Virus record (IMG/VR): IMGVR_UViG_3300031452_000005
DNA: 64,000 nucleotides
Direction: 5' to 3' (one strand)
DNA from: a virus
A model generated the notes under the pieces. The model searched no databases and was not told the origin of the DNA. It worked only from the letters and a program-made list of their open reading frames with translations. Position 1 is the first letter of the stretch. The number at the start of each line of letters is the position of its first letter. Both the position numbers and the translations under genes were made by a program. This document shows positions 28,425-37,800 of the stretch, one piece after another.

Positions 28425-28635
28425 CCTGCGGAGAAAGACGGTCGCGCTGGTGCGTGAAAAGAGGCGCGCGATGGGCGTGGCGCGGGCCATCCCCATCGTC
28501 GTGATCTCGGCGTGGGCGGAGGATAGTGCCCATAGCGCCGGGGTGTCCCGCGACGGGTGGCTCGAAAAGCCGTTCGAGTTGCACGACATCTACACCATCG
28601 TCGCACGTTATGCGGGCGTTCCTGCGCCACCGTAG
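28417..28635 (+). CDS. C-terminal half of a CheY-like receiver domain (fragment)
   Basis: IPIVVISA...AG...GWLEKPFEL..I..IV; acidic pocket and phospho-Asp half absent. Confidence 0.65.
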   Translation: MNSLRRKTVALVREKRRAMGVARAIPIVVISAWAEDSAHSAGVSRDGWLEKPFELHDIYTIVARYAGVPAPP

Positions 28636-28691
28636 CCCTGTATCTCTATCCGTATGTATGTCTAATCACATTGCCCCCTTGGAGGTTCCCC

Positions 28692-29330
28692 ATGCCCAAA
28701 TCCGCGCCCGGCGATAAGGTCGCCATCGACCACGCCACGACGGCCAGCGCCGTCGTCACCCCCGCGTCCGCCCTTCCCTCAACGGATGGGACGCCCGTCC
28801 TCGTCGCCCTCTACCACGGCGACGGGCGTTCCCTGTTTGTGCCGGAGGACCAGGCCGACACCTGGATACGCGAGGGCTTCACCCGCGAACGCCACGACAT
28901 CGGCGAGTTGTCCGGCCAGACGGCGCTCTTGTTCGACAGCGCCAAGGGCGCCGTCGCCGCCTATGCCGACGAGGCATCCAAGAACGCCACGCTCACGAAA
29001 GGCGACACCTCGAATATGTATGTGGCGGAGCACGCCATGGCCGACCTCGTGGAGACGTGGGGTCGCCTACATCGCGCCATCCACGCACAGAAAGGCGTCG
29101 CGCAGGGCGAGGCGGTCGCGGTGACAGACCATGCGACCGGGCAATCCGTGCAGGTGGACCCCCACCAGCATGACCTGTACGCGACTGGCCCCACCGAGGC
29201 GTACACCGGCACGGGCAACCCATACCAGAAGCCCGCCGAGGTGACGCAAGCGCACATCAAAGAGCAAATAGCAGCGGGGCGCGACCCTATGGAGCAGCAT
29301 CCCGCCACCGTAGCGGCGCGCGGCAAATAG
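28692..29330 (+). CDS. hypothetical late protein
   Basis: GGAGG RBS; 212 aa. Confidence 0.55.
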   Translation: MPKSAPGDKVAIDHATTASAVVTPASALPSTDGTPVLVALYHGDGRSLFVPEDQADTWIREGFTRERHDIGELSGQTALLFDSAKGAVAAYADEASKNATLTKGDTSNMYVAEHAMADLVETWGRLHRAIHAQKGVAQGEAVAVTDHATGQSVQVDPHQHDLYATGPTEAYTGTGNPYQKPAEVTQAHIKEQIAAGRDPMEQHPATVAARGK

Positions 29331-30029
29331 ATGACACAGGGCGCGCACGCCACACTGGCCGCGCATGATACGACGACAGACAGAGGGCAACACACGATGA
29401 CCACGATGACATCCAGCGTTTTGTACGAACACGCCGACCTGGGGCGCATCTACGCGCCCGTCGCCCTGACGCGCGCCCTCTCGCTGCCGGGGCGGCCCGC
29501 GCACACGCCGCCAGCCGGTGAGTACGGCGTCTGCGTCGCCGTCCAGAAGCGCCCCGTCTATGACGAGGCGGGCGTCCTACGCAAGATGGCGATGATCTGG
29601 CACAGTGTCACCCACAACGAGCGCGTCAATCAGGGCGCGCTCCGGCAGGATGTGGCCGTGTTCCAGAGCACCGCCATGGCCTTCACGACCATCGCCCTCG
29701 CCAGCGCCACACTCACCAAGACGGCCACCGACCTCTCATTGGGGAGCGCGACGGCGGCCGTCACGACCAACGAGTTCACGACGCTGGGCCTGGCCCGCGC
29801 CGTGGGCACGCTCGGCACGTACACGGCGCCCACGGCGCTGGGTGGACAGTTTTCCCAACCCCTATCAAAAACATTTACGGCGACCGGAAACGCCACCGTG
29901 TACGGGAGCGGCCTGTTCGATAGCGTGACCGTGGCGTCGAGTAGCCAATATTGCGAAGATAATTTCTCCAGCACCGCAGTCATGGTGAATGCCGATTCTT
30001 TGACCGCGACATGGACAATCCAAAATTGA
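29331..30029 (+). CDS. minor virion protein
   Basis: C-terminal SGLFDS....MVNADSLTATWTI beta-sandwich pattern seen in phage minor tail proteins. Confidence 0.55.
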   Translation: MTQGAHATLAAHDTTTDRGQHTMTTMTSSVLYEHADLGRIYAPVALTRALSLPGRPAHTPPAGEYGVCVAVQKRPVYDEAGVLRKMAMIWHSVTHNERVNQGALRQDVAVFQSTAMAFTTIALASATLTKTATDLSLGSATAAVTTNEFTTLGLARAVGTLGTYTAPTALGGQFSQPLSKTFTATGNATVYGSGLFDSVTVASSSQYCEDNFSSTAVMVNADSLTATWTIQN

Positions 30030-30048
30030 GTCTCGCCATCTGCTTGAT

Positions 30049-30789
30049 TCAAGGCTGCTTCCATGCGCGGCGCGCCAGCACGTTACACACCTGGGCCTCG
30101 GATAGGCCGTAGCGCTCCATGAGCGTTTTGCTATCAAGGTCACTGGCGCGCATCTCCTCAGCGATAGCGTAGTTGATCTTGGCAACGGCACCGCGTTGGA
30201 TGTTACGCGTGTGTGTGACGGGTTCGAGATGGTCAGGGCGCACACAATCACGCCGACGGCAGAGGTGATCCAATTCATATCCGTCCGCAATGGGGCCAAA
30301 CCTTTCCTCGTAAAACACGCGATGGGCCAGGCTTCCACGTTTGCCGTCGGCGCTGGTATATGATCCGTAGCCATCACTCTGCTTGCCGCGTCGCCAGATC
30401 CAGCACGGCGTGTCGTATCCGCAATCCGTGACGATATACAGCGCGCCCGTATATTTCACGGCTTGATGTCCGGGGCGATAGCGACGATGGTGTCCGATTG
30501 CATACCCCGAGAGGGGTACGCTCTTAGTCGCAACGGCCGTTTGGCCCCCGCATCCACACATGCATATCCCAGACGGATTAGGGTCTTCCACGCCGATAAG
30601 CAGTTGCATGTAACGCGCACGCGTACTGTGCTTAGGCATAAATCGACAAGGCTTGCCCTTGACAGACCTATCCCTTGTGTTCGTCGATGTAGCGATAGGC
30701 GTGACGCCCCCACACCCGCATTGACATAACCCCTCTGGAATACACGTCCCGCTGTCGTCGCCGTTAACCCTATCGTTCGCTTGCTCCAT
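30049..30789 (-). CDS. HNH homing endonuclease with two N-terminal CxCGCG zinc-binding repeats
   Basis: GLCQCGCG and GICMCGCG; CWIW...GYG...LAHRVFY...ELDHLCRRRDCVRPDHLEPVTHTRN. Confidence 0.88.
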   Translation of the reverse strand: MEQANDRVNGDDSGTCIPEGLCQCGCGGVTPIATSTNTRDRSVKGKPCRFMPKHSTRARYMQLLIGVEDPNPSGICMCGCGGQTAVATKSVPLSGYAIGHHRRYRPGHQAVKYTGALYIVTDCGYDTPCWIWRRGKQSDGYGSYTSADGKRGSLAHRVFYEERFGPIADGYELDHLCRRRDCVRPDHLEPVTHTRNIQRGAVAKINYAIAEEMRASDLDSKTLMERYGLSEAQVCNVLARRAWKQP

Positions 30790-31040
30790 CTTCGTATGCC
30801 TCGCACGCATAGAATAAGGGCCATTCGGACGGCAACGGTGCGAGCGCCGCCATCCAGGAATGACCCCATCATGTAGTGTATCCGACCGCCCATTACCCTC
30901 GCACGGCTTTGGTGGTCGCACCTACATTATACCACATCTACCGTTGAAAATAGCATGATAGACTTGCACTAAATAGCCCCATCAGGGCCTATCCGTCGCC
31001 AATTGTCGCCGCGCGCTGTCTCGGGGAGGGGAGGTCGAGC

Positions 31041-34000
31041 GTGGCTGTATCCCGCATCCAAGGCGTGGCCGCGGCGCTCGGCGCGACGGCCACCACGATT
31101 TCGGCGACGTTGCCCGCCGCGCCCACGGCGGGCAACCTCCTCCTGTTTTCATTGGAAGTCAAGAGCGGCACGCTCACGCCGACGACCCCTGCGGGGCTGA
31201 CCCTGGAAAAAAGCGTCGCCAATGGCACGATTGCGTCGGGCTATCTTTATTCGCGCATCGTGCAGGCCGGCGATAGCGCGACATGGACTCTGGGCAATCT
31301 CGCGTCCGCCGCCTATATGGGACTCGCTATCACGGAGTTCAGCGGGCAGGCAAGCGGCACGGCGTGGAATAATGCGCTGGCGACAGCTTCGGGTAGTAAT
31401 GCGATTGAACAGTGCGCCACTATCACGCCAACCGTCAACAACTGTCTGATCCACTGCGACTTTCAAGAAAACAGCTCGGATGCCTTTAGCGCAGCGGCGG
31501 CTCCCTGGACGCAGGGCTACCAATACGTGACCACGGTGAGCGCGAGCTGTTCCCTGGATGCGCAGTACCAGACGCAGGCGACGGCGGCGGCCATTACAAA
31601 CAGCGTGAACGTCGGCGCCACGCACAGTTACCAGGCGTTCATCGTCGCCATCGCCCCCGCGACCGCCACGGCCTACACGCGCGGGGTGATGTCGTCCGTC
31701 GTGTCATCACCCGCCGGGGCGCGCGCCGCGACCACCGCACGATCCACCACCGCATCCGTGTCCGCGCTCCCGACGGCGGTGCGGCAGGCCACGACGGCGC
31801 GCGCCACCACGGTAGCCACCGCCACGACGGCGACGGCGGCGCAGGCCCATACCTACGGGCGCGCGACGACCACCGCGACCGGAGCCACGATACCCGCGCC
31901 CGCACGCCTCTACGCGCCGCAGCGGCGCGTAGACGCGTCGGTCTCGCCCACGATGACCACAAGCCGCACGGCGACAACGGGACGCCCCACGGCGATCTCC
32001 GTGGCGCACACAGCGGCGCTTGCGGTCGTTCGCCTATCTACGCGTGCGTCCTCCGTCTCCCTGTCGGTGGTCGCTTCAACGGTGCGCGCCGTCGTCACGG
32101 GCCGGGCGTCCGCGCTGTCCATCCTCACGGGGAGCACGGCGACAGTGGCGCGCGCCTACAATCGCGCCCCGTCGAGCGCGGTCACCGCGTCCTCAACCGT
32201 TAGCCGCACGGCAACCGCGACACGCACGGGGACGCTCTCCGTCACGGCGATGCCCCAAGCGACGCGCGGGATCACGGCGGCGCGCGCGATGTCCGCGACC
32301 ATCAGCGCCGCCGTCGCGGCGGCCCGCGCCTCCTTATCGAGTCGTGCAACGTCCACAACGACACCTGCGACGACGCGCGCCAACGCGGCCCGTTCTTTCG
32401 CCCGATCCCCGCTCTCGACCGTCGCGGCAACCGGCGCGACCACGCGCCTCTACGCAGCGGCGCGGACGCATACAACCGCTATCGGCGTCACAGCGACGGC
32501 AGCGCGCCAGGCGACGGCGGCACGTCAGGCGGCGGCGGCTATCCTGTCCGCGCCGACGGTGGGCATCGGCAAGACCTTCGTGCGCGCGGACTCAGCGTTC
32601 GCGCAGATCACCGCGACGGCGACGCGCCTATCTGGACTGTTCGCGCGCGCCCTCTCCTCCGCGACGGCAGCGGCGACGCACGCGACGCGCGCCGCGACGG
32701 CGGCGAGACAGGGGACAGCGACCGTCGCCGCGACCGTGACGACGACCCGCGCGGTCGTCGTCACGCGTCCTCTGACGACGACAACGGTGATCACACCCAC
32801 TGTCCTCTCGACGCGCTCTTACCCGCGCACATCCGTGTCCACCACAGCGGTCACGACCACGACAAGCGCGACGCACGCCGCCTCACGCCTCACGACCGTA
32901 TCCATCGCGTTCGTCGGGGCGACACAGCGAACCGCCCTCGTGGTGCGTGCGCCAGTCATGTCCATCTCCACCACGACACAAGGGGCGCGCGCAGGCATTC
33001 AGGCACGCGCCGGCGCCCTCTCGGTCGCGGTGAACCCGACAAGCGCACGCTCCCTGACCGTCGCCCGCCCCGCGACCACGACGGTCGTGGCAACGGCAGG
33101 CGCGGCGGTCATGCGCGCCTATGCGCGTGCCCCGTTCGCGTCTGTCACGCCGACGACGACCGTCATGGGGGCAACGGTGCGCGTCCGTGCTGTATCTGTC
33201 TCAACTATTATCTCAGCGGTAGCGACGCGCATCGGCGCGTATCCTCGTGCTGCGTCCATCTCTCTTGCATCGACCATCACGCAGGGGCGACTATCCACCT
33301 CGACGCGCGCCCTGCTCACAGCCGCCTCGTCGTCGGCCTTCGTCTCGACCGGCAATAACCCCGTGCGCGGGGCGACGGTCGCGGTCGCGGTCGCGGTCGC
33401 GGCGGCGCGTACGCTCGTGCGGACGATCCCTGTGGTGTCACAGATCGCGGCATCCATTGCCACGTCCCGTGTCGAAGCCTTCGTGCGGGGCGCTGGGAGC
33501 GCCACACCATCGTCGCCTCTGGCGACGCGGCAGACAAGCGCGGGCCGGTCGGCGTCGGTCGTGGTCGCGGTCACGACCATAGTGGCGCGACTAATGGTCA
33601 TCGGGCGGTCTATCACCACGTCCGTCGCGCCGTCATCGTCGGTCGGCTCCTCGGTCCAGCACACCGCCGGGTCGTTGTCCCGCGTCGCCTCGGCGGCGGT
33701 CGCGCCCCTCTCCCGCGCCGTCCGCGCCGTTGTGGCCGCACGGTCGGCGTCCTCCTCATCAGCGGCGTCTGTCTCCGTCACGGCGACGCGCTTGACCCGT
33801 CCGCGCGGCGCCGCCACGTCCGTCGTGTCGCGGACAGGTTTATCGTCCGCGACGCAACGCGTGCGCGCGGCTCTCGCAGGGACGGCGCCAGGGAGTACGA
33901 CGACGCGCGTCGCCGCGGCCATACGACCCACCACCACGGCCACGGGGAACGCTGCGACAACGGTGCCTCACTCATCGTTCAGCCGCGTGTCGGCAGACGC

Positions 34001-34733
34001 TCGCGTTCCCACGACAACCGTGGCGCGGGCGTCCACCTTTGTGCGCGGCTCGACGTTCATCCAGTCCATGACCGCCGGCATCGCGGGCGCCCGCGCGGTG
34101 GCGCGGGCCTTGGGGTCGGCCATCGGCGCGCTGGCGCGGGCGATGGGTCTCGCGTCCCATGCCGCACGCATCCGCGCCACGTTCGTCGTGCCGCGGCGTT
34201 CCCTGACGTTCGTGGCCCCGGCGCGTCTCGCCGCTTTCGTCATCCCGGCGCGTCCCGTCAGCTTCGCGGCCCCCACGCGCGGGGCAGCGCTCATATTCGC
34301 GGTCCAAGCGCGACCGTTGTCGTTCGTCGTCGCGCCGGGGCCGGGCGCGACGGGGGTTATCGCCGGGGAGGGAGAGAGCATGCGCGCGACATTCCAGACC
34401 GTGGACGGCACATCGTTCCTCAACCCGCTTGACCAGGCCGTGCCGTTCACCGGCGACATCTCAGCCATCCTGCCGGGCGGGAGTGGCGTCGGCGCGACCG
34501 TGGCCGTCTACGCGGTCACAGGCATCCCCCAGGACGGGAGCGCGTCGTTCGACGCCACTCCCGTGGTGCAGGGCACGCCGACGCTCGCCTCCACGGGCAT
34601 CCTGTCCCTGAGCGTGGGGAACGGCGCGACCGTCCCGCAGGCGCCGGGCGTCACGTACCGGCTACGCCTGCGGGTCGTCTCCGGCGCGACGGTGCAAGAG
34701 GTGACGGTTGATCTGCCGTGCGTCGCGGATTAA
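31041..34733 (+). CDS. large Thr/Ala/Ser/Arg repeat protein, probable virion fibre
   Basis: N- and C-terminal globular regions flanking a 20-residue R-x13-R-x5 repeat tract; GGGGAGG RBS. Confidence 0.6.
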   Translation: MAVSRIQGVAAALGATATTISATLPAAPTAGNLLLFSLEVKSGTLTPTTPAGLTLEKSVANGTIASGYLYSRIVQAGDSATWTLGNLASAAYMGLAITEFSGQASGTAWNNALATASGSNAIEQCATITPTVNNCLIHCDFQENSSDAFSAAAAPWTQGYQYVTTVSASCSLDAQYQTQATAAAITNSVNVGATHSYQAFIVAIAPATATAYTRGVMSSVVSSPAGARAATTARSTTASVSALPTAVRQATTARATTVATATTATAAQAHTYGRATTTATGATIPAPARLYAPQRRVDASVSPTMTTSRTATTGRPTAISVAHTAALAVVRLSTRASSVSLSVVASTVRAVVTGRASALSILTGSTATVARAYNRAPSSAVTASSTVSRTATATRTGTLSVTAMPQATRGITAARAMSATISAAVAAARASLSSRATSTTTPATTRANAARSFARSPLSTVAATGATTRLYAAARTHTTAIGVTATAARQATAARQAAAAILSAPTVGIGKTFVRADSAFAQITATATRLSGLFARALSSATAAATHATRAATAARQGTATVAATVTTTRAVVVTRPLTTTTVITPTVLSTRSYPRTSVSTTAVTTTTSATHAASRLTTVSIAFVGATQRTALVVRAPVMSISTTTQGARAGIQARAGALSVAVNPTSARSLTVARPATTTVVATAGAAVMRAYARAPFASVTPTTTVMGATVRVRAVSVSTIISAVATRIGAYPRAASISLASTITQGRLSTSTRALLTAASSSAFVSTGNNPVRGATVAVAVAVAAARTLVRTIPVVSQIAASIATSRVEAFVRGAGSATPSSPLATRQTSAGRSASVVVAVTTIVARLMVIGRSITTSVAPSSSVGSSVQHTAGSLSRVASAAVAPLSRAVRAVVAARSASSSSAASVSVTATRLTRPRGAATSVVSRTGLSSATQRVRAALAGTAPGSTTTRVAAAIRPTTTATGNAATTVPHSSFSRVSADARVPTTTVARASTFVRGSTFIQSMTAGIAGARAVARALGSAIGALARAMGLASHAARIRATFVVPRRSLTFVAPARLAAFVIPARPVSFAAPTRGAALIFAVQARPLSFVVAPGPGATGVIAGEGESMRATFQTVDGTSFLNPLDQAVPFTGDISAILPGGSGVGATVAVYAVTGIPQDGSASFDATPVVQGTPTLASTGILSLSVGNGATVPQAPGVTYRLRLRVVSGATVQEVTVDLPCVAD

Positions 34734-34841
34734 ACACGCCACTCCGCGACGCCTGTCTCTATCCAGGTGACGCCCGTCGCCGTCGTCTGCCGCACCGCTT
34801 GTCCGCGTGTGCGGCCTTTTTGGATCTTTTTGAGGTGTCAC

Positions 34842-37800
34842 ATGCTGTCCACTCGCCGCGTCTTCATCGGGCGTCTTCTCCTCGTGTGTGTGCTCGTGCT
34901 CACGGCGTTCGGGGGAGGCGTGGTGGGCAGGATCACCAGCCGCACCAGCGCGCCTGTCGCCGCACCCGTTTCTGTCAGGACGACCGTGCCTGTCGGCGCG
35001 CAGCCGCCGCAGGCGGGCACGGGGCTCTATCCCGATCACCAGCCACCCACCGGGGGGGCGGCGGAGCGGGGACGCCAGGGGCAAGGACCGGGGAGGCAAC
35101 CGGAGCGAGGACGCCAGGGGCAGCGGACGGGGCGTGGACCCCGTCTGGCCGCGACGAGTAGTGCCGCCATCACGGGCCTCCATGTCGCGGGCAATCAGAT
35201 CGTCAACGGCAACAATACGCCCGTTGTGCTGCGCGGCGTCGACCGTATGGGCAGTGAGTACTCCTGTGTCGGCAACAGTAATCTGGGCTACGGCGTGTTT
35301 GACACCAACGCGACGAGCGTCGGCCCGGTCGATCAATCCAGCGTGAATGCGATGCTGGCCTGGAACATCAATGCGGTGCGCCTGCCGCTCAACGAGGACT
35401 GCTGGCTGGGGATCAATCTCCCCAGCGGCAATACCTACCAGGGCACGGCCTACCAGACGGCCATTGAAAACTACGTCTCGCTGCTCAACAGCAACGGGAT
35501 CGCCGTTATCCTCGACCTCCAGTGGGGTCAGCCGGGCACGATTATCGCTAATCAAACCGCGCCGGTGGGCAACGGGTCAGGTCAGGAGCCAATGCCCGAC
35601 GCCGACCACGCTGGCGCGTTCTGGACCTCCGTCGCCACGGCGTTCAAGAGCAATACGTCCGTCCTTTTCGACGCCTTCAACGAGCCGTTCCCCGACAACA
35701 ATACGGTCAACAGTACGGCGGCCTGGACCTGCTGGAGGGACGGCGGCAATTGTAGCACGGCGGGCATCACGTACACGGTCGCGGGCATGCAGACGCTCGT
35801 GACGGACATTCGCAACGCCGGCGCGACGACGCAGCCGATCATGCTCGGCGGCATCAACTATAGCAACTCGTTCCAGCAGTGGCTCACCTATAAGCCGACC
35901 GACCCCAATAACGGCCTCGTGGCGTCGTGGCACTCCTACAACTTCAACCCGTGCAACACGCAGACCTGTTGGGACCAATACATCGCCCCGGTCGCGCAGA
36001 GCGTGCCGGTGCTGGCCGGGGAGATCGGCGAGAACGACTGCGCCACCGGGTATATCAATCCGCTGATGACCTACCTCGACGGCAAGGGCATCGGCTATCT
36101 CGGCTGGTCCTGGTCCGCCTATAACTGCGGGAGCACGCCCTCGCTGCTCGCGGGCATCAGCGGCACGACCTATACCGCCTCGGCGTACGGAACAGGCTTG
36201 CAGGCGCACCTGGTGGCGCTGGCGAACCCCACGGCCACGCCGGGGCCGAGCCCCACGCCCGCGCCGCTCACCGCCGGCACGGTCTATGACGGTACCTATG
36301 AAAACGGGTGGAGTGATTACAGTTATGGCTTTACCCACACCGTCACCTCCACATCCCCCGTGTATGGGGGCGACGCCCAGGCGATTCAGGGGACCTTCGT
36401 TGCGGGCGGCTACGGCGCGGTCAAGTTTCACCAGGTCAGCTTCACGCCAACCGGCTACGGCACGCTGCATTTTGCTGTGCACATGGACGGCACGACTGGC
36501 GACCAGTTCACCGTCAACGCCAACGACAGCACGGGCGCGGCCCTGAGCGCTGGGGTCTCCATCACGCCGACACTCAACGCGTGGACCGCGTTTGACATCC
36601 CCGTGTCCAGCCTGGATAGCACGCCCACGGCGATGACCGACTTCTCCATCCATGAGTATAGCGGCAAAGGCGCGACAATCTCCGTGGACGACGTGCGCTT
36701 TGTCGCGGCGACCACGACGGCGGCCACGGCGACGCCGCTGGCGACGAATACACCCGCGGCGACGGCAACGCCCGCAGCCACGGCAACGACTGGACCGAGC
36801 GCGACCACCGGCCCGGCCGCGACGGCTGGACCGAGCGCCACGCCCGCACCCGGCAGCGTCGCCGTGACGATCAACACCGGGACAACGCTCGCCGTCATCC
36901 CGGCGACAGGCTATGGGATGAATGACGCGGTGTGGGATTCCCATGCGACCGATGCCGCCGCGAACAGCGCGATGCGGCAACTCAACATGGGCATCATGCG
37001 GATGCCGGGCGGCTCCACCGCCGACGACTATCACTGGGCCAACAACACCGTTGACAACGGCCCGAACTATCCCGGCCACCAGGTCAGCACGACGAGCAAC
37101 CCGGCCGGGACACCGTACTACACCCTGGCGCAAACGGCGCTCAACGCGGGCATGCAGCCATTGATGACGTTCAACTACGGCACCAACGCCACGCTGACCG
37201 GTCCCAACACGAGCACCGATGACGCCAACTGGGTGCAGGACGCCAACGTGACCCGGCATTTGGGCATCAAATACTGGGAGCAAGGAAATGAGAACTTCGG
37301 GGGTGGTTATTACGACTATTCCTACTTCGAGTCAAACCTGAACAATAACAGGACCCCGCAACAGTACGCCGCCGACCTCAACACGAACGCGGCGGCGATG
37401 AAGGCGGTTGACCCCTCTATTCTGATCGGCGCGTCGCTGGAGGTTCCCGGCTACTACCCGTGGGGCGCGGGGACCAACCAGTACCTTACCGGCGGCAACG
37501 GCGCGGCCAACCCCGGCGTCGGACCAACCGGATTAGACTGGAACAATACGGTCATCGCCAATGCCTGCAACAACATCGGCTTCATCGACGCGCACTGGTA
37601 TCCGATCAACCAGACCACGGGCACCGACGCGCAACTCCTCGGGTCTGTCCATGGCTACGACCCTGCCAGTCAGAACAAGGGTGGCGCCACGCCTTCGTCG
37701 TTCCAAGGGCCGGCCGGCATGATGACCGAACTCAAGAATGAGTTGAACACCTATTGCCCCAGTCGGGCCAGTCAGATCAAGGTTTTCATAGGCGAGTCCA

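Noticed and set aside
35050-35140. Short tandem repeat (ERGRQGQ x2) as a frameshift or insertion element in the glycosidase gene
   Set aside because: Reading frame stays open; it lies in the linker after the signal anchor
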